A DNA stretch of 63,998 nucleotides, the filler included. It is 4 parts of 4 records of this genome, joined end to end, with 100 filler letters (N's around TTAATTAATTAA, not from the genome) between each part and the next. Parts side by side here need not be neighbours in the genome. Positions count along the whole stretch, not along the records: positions 1 to 9,608 come from SRR20825006_11; 3 more parts are not named here. One strand, 5' to 3'. Numbering within the stretch: position 1 is the stretch's first letter; every line of letters starts with the position of its first letter. The translations under genes were made by a program, and so were the position numbers. Below, in pieces: positions 1-9,329 of the stretch. Below the pieces are notes generated by a model, which saw only the letters and a program-made list of their open reading frames with translations, ran no database searches and had not been told where the DNA came from.

Positions 1-1
1 G

Positions 2-820
2 GGCGACGGCGTCATCAAGATCGAGATGCATTTCCTGCCAGACGTCTATGTCACGTGCGAAACCTGCAAGGGCAAGCGCTATAATCGCGAGACGCTGGAA
101 GTCCTGTTCAAGGGCAAGTCGATTGCCGACGTGCTGGACATGACCGTGGAAGACGCCGCGAAATTCTTCTCCGCCGTGCCTGCGATTTCGACCAAGCTCG
201 ACACGTTGAACCAGGTCGGCCTTGGCTATGTGAAAGTCGGCCAGCAGGCGACGACTTTGTCGGGCGGCGAAGCCCAGCGGGTGAAGCTCGCCAAGGAACT
301 CTCCAAGCGCGCCACCGGCAAGACGCTCTACATTCTCGACGAACCGACGACCGGCCTGCATTTCGAGGACGTTCGCAAGCTTCTCGAAGTGCTGCACTCC
401 CTCGTCGACACCGGCAACACGGTCGTCGTGATCGAGCACAATCTGGATGTGGTGAAAACGGCGGACTGGGTGCTGGACCTCGGTCCTGAAGGCGGCGATG
501 GCGGCGGCGAACTCGTCGCTTATGGCACACCGGAAGATATTGCTGCCTGCACCGACAGTTGGACCGGTAAACACCTCGCCGAGACGTTCCGACGTCAGGA
601 CGAGCGCCGCGCCGCGCGCAACAAGCGATTGCGAGCCGAAGGCACGAGCAAGGCAAAGCCTGCCGCCAAACCGAAAAAGGCCGCCGCAAAGGCGCCTGCG
701 AAAGCCAAAGCTGCAGCTAGGCCGAAGGCCAAGGCCCCTGCAAAGGCCGCAACCAAGGCAACGCCAAAAGCCAAGAGCCCGGCAAAGCGGAAATCCCGCA
801 CGCCGAGCCCTGCCAAGTAA
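2..820 (+). CDS. uvrA: Excinuclease ABC subunit A, C-terminal part (5' truncated by window edge)
   Basis: [27 protein letters not shown] zinc-finger end, [11 protein letters not shown] signature, [11 protein letters not shown]alker B; followed by a Lys/Ala/Pro-rich tail. Confidence 0.97.
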   Translation, partial: GDGVIKIEMHFLPDVYVTCETCKGKRYNRETLEVLFKGKSIADVLDMTVEDAAKFFSAVPAISTKLDTLNQVGLGYVKVGQQATTLSGGEAQRVKLAKELSKRATGKTLYILDEPTTGLHFEDVRKLLEVLHSLVDTGNTVVVIEHNLDVVKTADWVLDLGPEGGDGGGELVAYGTPEDIAACTDSWTGKHLAETFRRQDERRAARNKRLRAEGTSKAKPAAKPKKAAAKAPAKAKAAARPKAKAPAKAATKATPKAKSPAKRKSRTPSPAK

Positions 821-832
821 TCGCCTGTCGCG

Positions 833-1768
833 CTAGACGAAGGTTTCGTTGATCGCCGCCGTGTCCGTCCAGTTCGGGTCGGTCTTCGCAGCCAGCGCTG
901 CGGGGCCACCGAACACATGCATCATGATGCCAGCCAGCCCCATATAGATCAGCCCGAAGAAAATCGCGGGGATGATGAATCCCAGCGATGCAAAGGCAGC
1001 AAGTATCGCGGCCGGATCGTCCGATCCGCTCTGCATGACCGGCATCAACGCCAGGACAGCGGTCACCGCGAAGACCAGATACAAGACAAAGATGATCGCC
1101 ATCATGATCAGCGCCAGGATCAGCCAGCTGCCGATCAACGTCCACACCTTGCCTTTGGTGGCGCGCCACGCACTGCCGAACCGAATCTTGCGATCCCGAA
1201 TGGTCATGGCGGCCGCGGGTGAGAAGCGCACAGCAACCCATATTGCGAACACCATGTAGGCAAGCATGACAATCACCGCCACAGCTCCGGCGGCCAAGGC
1301 GCCATCACCGCCCGCGGCGGCTCCGATGATCATGGGGATCATCATCAATATGAACATCCCTATATAAAGCAGGATCAGCAGACCGAACCAGAACAGGCCG
1401 ACCACGAACAGGCGGCCTTCATCACCGCCAAGCTTCAGGCTGAACCCGTCGGCGCGCATGTAGCGACGCTGGCTGGCGGCTTCGAACATGATCCACATCA
1501 GGATACCAAAGACAAAAGAGACCAGATAGCCGAGCGCCACCCGGCCCATATTCTCCAGCATCACCTGATCCATCATGTCGGGATCTTCCATGACGATGGG
1601 ATTGAACGCAGCACCATAGATGGGCGCCATGAGGTAGAGGCTGAGCCCCTGCACAACAATTCCGATCAGCGCGTATGCCAACGCATACTTCCAGAGAAAC
1701 CCTTTCGGTCCCCCGGTTTTGCGGAAGTGCCCCATCGCATTCCCGACTGAAAATTCCAGAGTATTCAT
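833..1768 (-). CDS. Polytopic membrane protein of unknown function (paralog A)
   Basis: About 6 hydrophobic segments; shares MFEAASQRRY, GGDExR and AWxxxKG/RG motifs with the neighbouring ORF. Confidence 0.85.
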   Translation of the reverse strand: MNTLEFSVGNAMGHFRKTGGPKGFLWKYALAYALIGIVVQGLSLYLMAPIYGAAFNPIVMEDPDMMDQVMLENMGRVALGYLVSFVFGILMWIMFEAASQRRYMRADGFSLKLGGDEGRLFVVGLFWFGLLILLYIGMFILMMIPMIIGAAAGGDGALAAGAVAVIVMLAYMVFAIWVAVRFSPAAAMTIRDRKIRFGSAWRATKGKVWTLIGSWLILALIMMAIIFVLYLVFAVTAVLALMPVMQSGSDDPAAILAAFASLGFIIPAIFFGLIYMGLAGIMMHVFGGPAALAAKTDPNWTDTAAINETFV

Positions 1769-1783
1769 CAGCTCGCCCTCTCT

Positions 1784-2767
1784 TTAGCTGAAAGTATCCA
1801 CACGATACGTATCGTCCACACTGCCGCGCGGGTCATGCCTCGCCGCAAACGCAGCCGGCGCGCCAGCGACATGCATGAGCAGCCCCGACAGGAACAGGCG
1901 CGCGATCAGGTAGACGGCCAACACCACGATCACCCCACTGCTCATGAAGGCTGCGGCAATGTCATCGCCAGTCTGAACATTCTCAAATGCTGGCGCCATC
2001 ATGAACATCATAGGCAACTGGAGCAGTTGGTCGGCGATGCTGACGACGATTCCGCCCACGATGGTGAGGATGAGATATGCACCGAGGATTGGCCAAAACC
2101 GGCCACGCGACACGTTCCAGGCATCGAAAAACCGGAAAGCCTTGTCTTTTATGGTGAGACCAAAACACGGTGCCAGCCGCGTCGCGAAAAACGCGTAGAA
2201 AAAAAACAGCACGATCCAGAGCCCGAATGCACCCAGGATCGTACCCACGACGCGGCTCGCGATCTGTGACTCGGTAACGCCATCGGCCGCAAGCCCCACT
2301 GCCGTGGACACGGCCCCAAAGAACATGAGCACTGGTACAATGATGAACAGGGTTTGCATCACGGCCCAACAGAGTCCGACCGCCATCATTCGTATTTCAT
2401 CCCCTCCGAAACCGAGGGAAAATCGCTCATCGCGAACATATCGCCGTTGCGACGCGGCTTCGAACATTGCCCAGATGATCCAGCTGCCGAGCATGGCGAA
2501 GACCGCCCACCCGACCAGTGGCTCCATCGCACCCAATATCGCGGCGAATACGGCTTGAGGGTCCCCCCGACCGACCGAGGCCTGCTCCAGCATTTCTATG
2601 GTCTGGAATACTTGTAAAAAATCGTCTTTGGCGAAAATCAGGATCGCCAAGCTGAACAGGGTGAACACACCGGCAAAGGCGAGAGGAAAGACCCAGAGAA
2701 AGCTCCGCACATGCGCCGCACGGAACGCGAACATCAGCGCGCCATCAAATGAAAACCGGCTTGGCAT
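1784..2767 (-). CDS. Polytopic membrane protein of unknown function (paralog B)
   Basis: Same motifs as 833-1768 (MFEAASQRRY, GGDEIR, AWNVSRG, MHVxGxPAA). Confidence 0.85.
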   Translation of the reverse strand: MPSRFSFDGALMFAFRAAHVRSFLWVFPLAFAGVFTLFSLAILIFAKDDFLQVFQTIEMLEQASVGRGDPQAVFAAILGAMEPLVGWAVFAMLGSWIIWAMFEAASQRRYVRDERFSLGFGGDEIRMMAVGLCWAVMQTLFIIVPVLMFFGAVSTAVGLAADGVTESQIASRVVGTILGAFGLWIVLFFFYAFFATRLAPCFGLTIKDKAFRFFDAWNVSRGRFWPILGAYLILTIVGGIVVSIADQLLQLPMMFMMAPAFENVQTGDDIAAAFMSSGVIVVLAVYLIARLFLSGLLMHVAGAPAAFAARHDPRGSVDDTYRVDTFS

Positions 2768-2832
2768 GTGGCAGAGCCCCCCTGAACTGCTTATCAGGCG
2801 TCAGGATAGGACGATTTAGATGACAGGTGCAA

Positions 2833-3636
2833 TCATTCGCTTGGCTCGGCACCAGGGTGCAGCTGGTGCAGGGTGGCCACCGCCAGGCCATGTCCGCCAA
2901 GCAGGAACGGCACCAGCAGGGCCATGCCAATCGCGCCTGACAGGAAGGCCCCAATGGCGCTATCGCCCCAGATATCCCGCAAGGTCCAGTTGATCAGAAC
3001 CGCCACAGCAAATGGCAGGATGTGTGTCGCCAGTCCCGCGAGACCGAGTTTCACAGCGTGGCCCTTGGTCCATGGCCATGTGCGAAACACCAGTGTCTGG
3101 CCCGTCGCAACCGTTGCAGCGCCAACCAGCAACAGACGCAATGCCATGAAGAACAGTATGGCTGCACCCGCCAGACAGGCAAGGATCAGCACCGCGCCAT
3201 AAGCGGTCGGCAGCATGTCGATCAGCGCGGCCTGCACGACTTCTGGTGGCGTCTCCGCATCAACATCCACCCGACCGGAAGCCTTGAGCAGGATTCCGGG
3301 CAGAATCAGGAGGAAGAACCCGATGAAGACACCCACAAACAGGAATGCCACGTAGATCGCCAGATTTGCATGGGCGAGGCGCAATCGGTCTCCCGTCCCG
3401 GTGTCCAGCATGGCGCGGTACACAACTAGCGAAAATTCGATGCCGACTACGAACACGACCAGCGCAGCAATGGCCGGCGCTGCATCGCCCATTGAAGACC
3501 CAGGTCCCACGGCGAACGTGTAAACCCCGCCTGCCACAATCAGGGCCAGCATGATGACCAAGCTGGGCCGCGCCGCTTTCAGCGCAAGGGACCAAGCCTC
3601 TGAAACAAGGCTGGGAATGGAGAGGTCACGAGTCAT
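2833..3636 (-). CDS. Polytopic membrane protein, probable distant paralog C
   Basis: Hydrophobic; [10 protein letters not shown]...RTWPWTKG resembles VRFSPAAAMT...SAWRATKG of paralog A. Confidence 0.75.
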   Translation of the reverse strand: MTRDLSIPSLVSEAWSLALKAARPSLVIMLALIVAGGVYTFAVGPGSSMGDAAPAIAALVVFVVGIEFSLVVYRAMLDTGTGDRLRLAHANLAIYVAFLFVGVFIGFFLLILPGILLKASGRVDVDAETPPEVVQAALIDMLPTAYGAVLILACLAGAAILFFMALRLLLVGAATVATGQTLVFRTWPWTKGHAVKLGLAGLATHILPFAVAVLINWTLRDIWGDSAIGAFLSGAIGMALLVPFLLGGHGLAVATLHQLHPGAEPSE

Positions 3637-3731
3637 ATCCGACTCCTTACACGCCTCACCGCGCGCTCGCCACGAGGAATCACGGCAAACGCCATCTTGA
3701 CGGAGGGGCCGTCGCCCCGCACATCCGGCCC

Positions 3732-5135
3732 ATGAGCATCAAACCCATTCATATTATCGGCGGCGGCATGGCCGGGTCGGAGGCCGCCTGGCAGGCCGCA
3801 AATGCAGGCGTGCCCGTCATCTTGCACGAAATGCGCGGCGTCAAAGGCACTGATGCGCACCAGACCGACAAACTGGCGGAGCTGGTCTGTTCCAATTCGT
3901 TCCGGTCGGACGATCACGTCTCGAATGCCGTCGGCGTGCTGCATGAGGAAATGCGCCGCGCGAATGGCCTGATCATGCATACGGCAGCCGAGCACCAAGT
4001 GCCCGCCGGCAGCGCGCTGGCCGTGGACCGCGAAGGTTTTGCAGAAGCTGTCACTGCCAAGCTGGAAGCCCATCCGAACGTCACCATCATCCGCGAGGAA
4101 ATCGACGGTATCCCGCCCGAAGACTGGGACAGCGTGATCGTGGCCACCGGGCCGCTCACCTCGCTCAAGCTCGCGGAAGCCATCCACGCCCATACTGGCG
4201 AGGATGATCTCGCTTTCTTCGACGCCATCGCGCCAATCGTCTATTTCGACTCCGTCGACATGACCAAGGCTTGGCGCCAGAGCCGCTATGACAAGCCCGG
4301 ACCCGGCGGTGACACAGCGGCGTATATCAACTGCCCGCTGGATGAAGACCAGTACAATGCCTTCATCGACGCGCTGATCTCGGGCGAGAAGACCGAGTTC
4401 AAGGAATGGGAAAAAAACACGCCTTACTTTGAAGGCTGCCTGCCGATTGAAGTCATGGCAGAGCGCGGTCGCGAGACGCTGCGATTCGGACCGATGAAAC
4501 CGGTCGGCCTGACCAATCCACACCAGCCGGACATCAAGGCGCACGCCATCGTCCAGCTGCGCCAGGACAATGCCCACGGCACCTTGTGGAACATGGTCGG
4601 CTTCCAGACCAAGCTGAAATATGGCGCGCAGACCGATATCTTCCGGATGATCCCCGGCCTCGAAAAAGCAGAGTTTGCGCGGCTTGGCGGCATCCATCGC
4701 AATACGTTCCTGAATTCGCCGAAACTGCTCGACGAGCAGCTGCGCATGAAAACCCTGCCGCGCTTGCGCTTTGCTGGCCAGGTTACCGGCGTCGAAGGCT
4801 ATGTCGAAAGCGCGGGCATGGGCTTGCTCGCCGGTCGCTTTGCCGCGGCAGAGCGCCTTGGCCGTCCATTGGCGCCGCCGCCCGAGACGACCGCACTCGG
4901 CTCGCTAATCCGCCACATCACCGGCGGACACCTTGAAGGCAAGGCGACGTTCCAACCGATGAACGTGAATTTCGGCCTGTTCCCTGAGATCACCGATTTC
5001 CCCAAACACGGGCCCGACGGCAAGCGCCTGCGCGGCAAGGACAAGGGCCGCGCCAAGAAACGCGCGCAGGCCGTACGCGCACTGGAAGACTTTGATTCCT
5101 GGCTGTCGGCCACCAGCCTGGTCCCGGCAGAATAA
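3732..5135 (+). CDS. trmFO: Methylenetetrahydrofolate--tRNA (uracil-54-C5) methyltransferase (FADH2-oxidizing)
   Basis: [14 protein letters not shown] motif, [45 protein letters not shown]. Confidence 0.97.
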   Translation: MSIKPIHIIGGGMAGSEAAWQAANAGVPVILHEMRGVKGTDAHQTDKLAELVCSNSFRSDDHVSNAVGVLHEEMRRANGLIMHTAAEHQVPAGSALAVDREGFAEAVTAKLEAHPNVTIIREEIDGIPPEDWDSVIVATGPLTSLKLAEAIHAHTGEDDLAFFDAIAPIVYFDSVDMTKAWRQSRYDKPGPGGDTAAYINCPLDEDQYNAFIDALISGEKTEFKEWEKNTPYFEGCLPIEVMAERGRETLRFGPMKPVGLTNPHQPDIKAHAIVQLRQDNAHGTLWNMVGFQTKLKYGAQTDIFRMIPGLEKAEFARLGGIHRNTFLNSPKLLDEQLRMKTLPRLRFAGQVTGVEGYVESAGMGLLAGRFAAAERLGRPLAPPPETTALGSLIRHITGGHLEGKATFQPMNVNFGLFPEITDFPKHGPDGKRLRGKDKGRAKKRAQAVRALEDFDSWLSATSLVPAE

Positions 5136-5137
5136 AC

Positions 5138-5893
5138 ATGCGCCTCGCCGTCACAGAGCCCGGCGTGCCCGAGATTTTCCATTCGCTACAAGGCGAGGGC
5201 GTCTCGGCCGGCAAGCCGAGTGTATTTGTGCGCTTTTCCCAGTGTAACCTGCACTGCCTCTGGTGCGACACGGCCTATACATGGAATTTTCTGGGGACCG
5301 AGTTTGCTCATCGCGATGACCTGCCGGGCGCCCCGAAAAAATTCGACCGCACAGCAGAGACCGTCGATGTATCTGTCGACGCCCTGACCGAGAGACTGAT
5401 CAGCCAGCCTTGCCGCCGCATCATCTTCACCGGTGGTGAACCTTTGCTGCAACAACGCGAACTCGGTGAGTTAATCCAAAATCTCAAAACCTTCGACCCA
5501 GAGTTCTATATCGAGATCGAAACCAATGGCACGATCAAGCCTATTGGTCTCGCGGCGGAGCTGATCGACCAGTTCAATGTCTCGCCGAAGCTGGCCCATT
5601 CCGGCAATTCGGCCTCAATCCGTCTCAGGCCCGAAGTGCTCGACTTCTATGCGAGCGACCCGCGCGCGAACTTCAAGATCGTCGTCGCAAACCCGTCAGA
5701 CCTCACAGAAGTTCACGCCCTTGTTGCACAATCCGGTATGCCCACCGGTCGCGTATGGCTGATGCCCGAGGGCCGTACGCCCGCCGAACTTCGTGCGCGA
5801 GAAACATGGCTTGCCGAGGCATGTCTTGAAGCTGGCTACAATTTCACTGACCGCCTGCACATCCATCTGTATGGCGATACACGCGGCACCTGA
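5138..5893 (+). CDS. queE: 7-carboxy-7-deazaguanine synthase (radical SAM)
   Basis: EIFHSLQGEG, CNLHCLWCDT CxxxCxxC, TGGEPLLQ, IETNGT, VSPK, RLHI. Confidence 0.9.
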   Translation: MRLAVTEPGVPEIFHSLQGEGVSAGKPSVFVRFSQCNLHCLWCDTAYTWNFLGTEFAHRDDLPGAPKKFDRTAETVDVSVDALTERLISQPCRRIIFTGGEPLLQQRELGELIQNLKTFDPEFYIEIETNGTIKPIGLAAELIDQFNVSPKLAHSGNSASIRLRPEVLDFYASDPRANFKIVVANPSDLTEVHALVAQSGMPTGRVWLMPEGRTPAELRARETWLAEACLEAGYNFTDRLHIHLYGDTRGT

Positions 5894-5896
5894 GCC

Positions 5897-6637
5897 TTAT
5901 TTGGCCAGCATCCACACAGCCATTGCGATCATCATCAGGTTTTCGGTCAGGGAGACAAAGCCCAGCGGCACATTGCTGTCTCCGCCGACGCAGGCGCATT
6001 TCAGGTCTCGCTTCTCGATATAGACCGCACGGAAAACTGATACCGCACCAATCGTGCCGATGAACAGGGCGACCGGCGCCGCCAGAAAGATCAATGCGCC
6101 GGCAATCATCAGCACGCCTGCCAGCAATTCCGCAAACGGATAGATATCGGCATACCTGACCCATTTGCGTGCCAGCAGATCGTAGCCGAGAAATGAGTTC
6201 GAAAAGCTCTCAAGATCCCGCAATTTCTGGATGGCCAGGATGCACATGCTGATCGCGATGAACCATTCCGCTGCGCGGACGGTCAGCAAGCTGCCATAGG
6301 TGGCCCAGCTGACAGCTAGCGCCATCAGCGCAGCCGACGCGAAGATGGCGATGACCGGCTTATAGGTTTTCTTGTCCTTGTCCTTCACAGGCTGGCCGAA
6401 GAATTCCTTCAAGGCGTCGTATCCGCCGATCCGCTTTCCGTCGATGAAAGTCTGAGGCGTCGTCTTTACATCATGCTCTCGCTTGAAGGCATCGGTCTCC
6501 TCGCGGCTGGTCAGGAGATGATCATCCACCACATACCCTTTGCGGTTCAGAAGCGCCCGGCTTTTCAGCCCGAACGGACAGACATGCGACGGTGTTTTCA
6601 TCCGGTAGAGATGGGCGACGGGTTTGGTCGTAGACAT
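5897..6637 (-). CDS. Glutaredoxin-like domain fused to MauE/DoxX-type membrane domain
   Basis: N-terminal CPFG and TTPQTFIDGKRIGGY glutaredoxin signatures; C-terminal TM helices with YPFAE and CACVGG, as in MauE-like proteins. Confidence 0.85.
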   Translation of the reverse strand: MSTTKPVAHLYRMKTPSHVCPFGLKSRALLNRKGYVVDDHLLTSREETDAFKREHDVKTTPQTFIDGKRIGGYDALKEFFGQPVKDKDKKTYKPVIAIFASAALMALAVSWATYGSLLTVRAAEWFIAISMCILAIQKLRDLESFSNSFLGYDLLARKWVRYADIYPFAELLAGVLMIAGALIFLAAPVALFIGTIGAVSVFRAVYIEKRDLKCACVGGDSNVPLGFVSLTENLMMIAMAVWMLAK

Positions 6638-6671
6638 GGGAAACTCCGATTGTGGACTTCAGACCTTGCCT

Positions 6672-6702
6672 ATATAACCCCCGTACCATGGTACGGTTGC
6701 AA
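6672..6702 (-). promoter_or_regulatory. MerR-type promoter/operator for the Grx-MauE gene
   Basis: Perfect 16-bp palindrome CCGTACCATGGTACGG (6681-6696) inside a 19-bp spacer between TTGCAA (-35) and TTATAT (-10-like) on the minus strand. Confidence 0.8.
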
Positions 6703-7110
6703 CACGATCTTCAAATCTCGATTGGAAAATTGGCCAAAGCTGGAGGCGTAGGTGTGGAAACCGTCCGCTATTATCAGCGTCTGGGTCTGATGCCGCTACC
6801 GGAGCGCCCACAAGGCAGCGGCGTCTCAGGTGGCATCCGCCAATATGGCCGTGCAGATATGGAACGCCTTCGCTTCATTCGCTCTGCGCAGGCCGCCGGC
6901 TTCACGTTGAAGCAAATTGCCCGCCTGATCGAACTCGACGCGATGACAGACCGCACGGAAGCCAGACAAATGGCAACAGATCGCCTCAAGGCGCTGGATG
7001 CCCAGATCAACGAGCTACAGCAGGCCCGGGCGTCATTGAAACGGCTTGCGGAAGAATGTGCATATGAGGATGGCGGCCCATGCCCCATCTTGAAGGCGTT
7101 CGAGCCCTAG
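6688..7110 (+). CDS. MerR family metal-responsive transcriptional regulator (start uncertain: 6688 or 6697)
   Basis: SIGKLAKAGGVGVETVRYYQRLGL HTH, GFTLKQI, C-terminal CAYEDGGPCP metal loop. Confidence 0.92.
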   Translation: MVRLQHDLQISIGKLAKAGGVGVETVRYYQRLGLMPLPERPQGSGVSGGIRQYGRADMERLRFIRSAQAAGFTLKQIARLIELDAMTDRTEARQMATDRLKALDAQINELQQARASLKRLAEECAYEDGGPCPILKAFEP

Positions 7111-7754
7111 ACCTTGCCGCTACGGACCGCCTGCAGCACGCAGAGCCGTTTCTGGATCGCGTTCGGCGTCTTGCCCTCGGTGTAGAGTTTGCGCAGCCGG
7201 AAATGCGCAATGGCTGGCCGGATCGGCTTCGGTGCAGGCGGCAGGATCGGGCCGAATGCCTTGGAGTCAGAGCGGCGAGCGGCGGCAAAATAGGGCGCGA
7301 CGTTCCGGATTTCCTCAGCCCAGTTATGCATCGGCGTCAGCACATGCGCCGCCGTCAGCGCAAGCCAGCCTTCCGGTTCCAATGCCCGGTCCTGCGCTTC
7401 AAAGGCAGCCTGATAACCATCAATCAGATCCTGCAAGGCGCGTGTTTTCAGGCGCCCGGCCTCGATCTCTTCTTTCAAGGCCCGCGCGACGTCATGTTCG
7501 CGCACTTTGCCCATTTCAATTTCGGAAATTGCATCCCGCCACCATTGGAACCGGATCAGGCCAAGACCCTCTTCCGAAACCACCAGGCGCACCCGTGCCA
7601 GCTCGTATGCCAGCGCATAAAGTGCCGTCAGCGCCTGTCGCTGATCGTCCTTCGCATAGCGGCTGGAAATCCAGCGGTCTTCGTCTGCCCGCAGAATCCG
7701 CTTGTCGATTGCGGCCCATTGAGATTTGGAAAGAGGGCTAGTCTGGTTTGACAT
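7107..7754 (-). CDS. Squalene/phytoene synthase family protein (NDUFAF6-like, probably non-catalytic)
   Basis: LYALAYELARV...GLIRFQWWRDAI motif typical of this alphaproteobacterial family. Confidence 0.75.
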   Translation of the reverse strand: MSNQTSPLSKSQWAAIDKRILRADEDRWISSRYAKDDQRQALTALYALAYELARVRLVVSEEGLGLIRFQWWRDAISEIEMGKVREHDVARALKEEIEAGRLKTRALQDLIDGYQAAFEAQDRALEPEGWLALTAAHVLTPMHNWAEEIRNVAPYFAAARRSDSKAFGPILPPAPKPIRPAIAHFRLRKLYTEGKTPNAIQKRLCVLQAVRSGKV

Positions 7755-7819
7755 GCAACCCATATGTGGGAAGACGCGTAATTAGACCAGATACTTTGCT
7801 GCAAGAAAGGACGCCCAAA

Positions 7820-8428
7820 ATGGCATTTTCCCTCCCTGATCTCCCATACGGACGCGACGCCCTGGCGCCGCACATCTCCGAGGAGACCTTGAACTTTCAC
7901 CACGGCAAGCACCACGCCGCTTATGTCAACAACCTCAACGGCCTGATCGAGGGCACCGACCTCGAAAACGAGTCGCTCGAATCCATCATCAAGAAAGCCG
8001 CAGCCGATAGCGGCAAGGCCGGCCTGTTCAACAATGCGGCCCAGGTCTGGAACCACACATTTTACTGGCACTGCATGAAACCGGGCGGCGGCGGCAAACC
8101 GCACGGCAAAGTGGCAGAACTGATCGACCGCGACCTGGGCGGCTACGACCAGTTCGTGAAGGACTTCAAAGCAGCAGGCGGCGGTCAGTTTGGCTCCGGT
8201 TGGGCCTGGCTGGTCTACAAGGGCGGCAAGCTGCACATCACCAAGACCCCGAACGCGGAAACGCCGGTCACAGATATCGACGCTACGCCGATCCTGACCA
8301 TGGATGTCTGGGAGCACGCATACTACCTCGACTACCAGAACAGCCGCCCGAACTATATGGGCGCTTTCCTGGACAATCTCGTGAATTGGGATTTTGCGAA
8401 CCAGAATCTCGCTGACGCGGGCGCCTGA
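7820..8428 (+). CDS. sodB: Superoxide dismutase [Fe]
   Basis: HHGKHH, FNNAAQVWNH (Fe-type AAQ), FGSGWAWL, DVWEHAYY; AAAGGA RBS upstream of ATG 7820. Confidence 0.95.
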   Translation: MAFSLPDLPYGRDALAPHISEETLNFHHGKHHAAYVNNLNGLIEGTDLENESLESIIKKAAADSGKAGLFNNAAQVWNHTFYWHCMKPGGGGKPHGKVAELIDRDLGGYDQFVKDFKAAGGGQFGSGWAWLVYKGGKLHITKTPNAETPVTDIDATPILTMDVWEHAYYLDYQNSRPNYMGAFLDNLVNWDFANQNLADAGA

Positions 8429-8471
8429 TTTGGGGTAAGGTCCTCTCGTCATATGGACGAGGGGACCGCCC

Positions 8472-9134
8472 ATGTTTTGTACAAATTGCGGACAGAAGCT
8501 GGGAGATGGCCACCGCTTCTGCGCCAATTGCGGAACCGCTGTTACAGACGGCGCACACTCCGCCTCACCGCCATCCCTCCCTGCACAGAATGTTGATCCC
8601 AGCGTCGATTGGCGCAATTCGATGAATGTGGGAGAGATCATCAACCATCCCGATGTTCGAGCACGGGTCGTCCAAGTCACCGGGGCGACTCCCCAAGGGA
8701 TGACCGCAGAACAGTTCTTCAAATATGCCGAGCCCGTCATGGCGGCGGCTGGCGCGGGCGGGGTCCCGCTGGCCGCGATGAAAGACATCGCCATCCCGCT
8801 TTATGCCAAGCTCGGCCTCAAGATGGACCGCGAACTGTCGCAAGGCTTTCGCAACACGTTCGGCGAAACGCTCGCTGCCGTGGTCTGTTCGCTCGCCAGC
8901 CGCAGCCAGCCAATCGTGGATATTTCAGAGGCAGGCGATGGCTGCATCATCAATTCCAAAATGGCCTCTTCTGTCTGGTCCTGGGAGGGCAACATGATCA
9001 TCACTTTGGAATCCCGTGAGGAAGGCACATTGCTGAAAGGCACGATTACCGTGCCCGGACAGGCATTTGATTGGGGCCGATCCAAGCGCGTGCTGCAAAA
9101 TCTGATCGATGACGTCCAGCGCTATCGCGTCTGA
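8472..9134 (+). CDS. Zinc-ribbon domain protein
   Basis: N-terminal CTNCG...CANCG followed by a Pro-rich linker and an unrecognised domain; GAGGGG RBS. Confidence 0.75.
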   Translation: MFCTNCGQKLGDGHRFCANCGTAVTDGAHSASPPSLPAQNVDPSVDWRNSMNVGEIINHPDVRARVVQVTGATPQGMTAEQFFKYAEPVMAAAGAGGVPLAAMKDIAIPLYAKLGLKMDRELSQGFRNTFGETLAAVVCSLASRSQPIVDISEAGDGCIINSKMASSVWSWEGNMIITLESREEGTLLKGTITVPGQAFDWGRSKRVLQNLIDDVQRYRV

Positions 9135-9329
9135 CCTGCGCGCTCTCGGGCGAAAGCTGGGCGGCCCCCCTTCCATTTAGTCACAATTTGGCTTATGTGC
9201 AGCGCAACACGACGCTCCGGGCATGGAATTCGCCCGGCCCGCCAAAAGTGCACTAAGGCACTGAACGCGGGAAACTGCGGCCACCAAGGCCGCCGGGTTG
9301 AATCAGAAACCATTCCAGGAACCATAACA

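Noticed and set aside
650..815. Short repeats as a CRISPR array or tandem DNA repeat
   Set aside because: Degenerate coding repeats for Lys/Ala/Pro inside uvrA; no constant repeat-spacer structure seen anywhere in the window
3633..4697. 354-aa antisense ORF over trmFO (likewise 7628-8794, 59192-60202 and other long shadows)
   Set aside because: Shadow ORFs expected from high-GC codon bias opposite well-supported genes; no recognisable motifs
5138..5893. queE as part of a 7-deazaguanine DNA-modification (dpd) defence island
   Set aside because: No dpdA/tgt-like, dpdB-K, folE or queCD genes nearby
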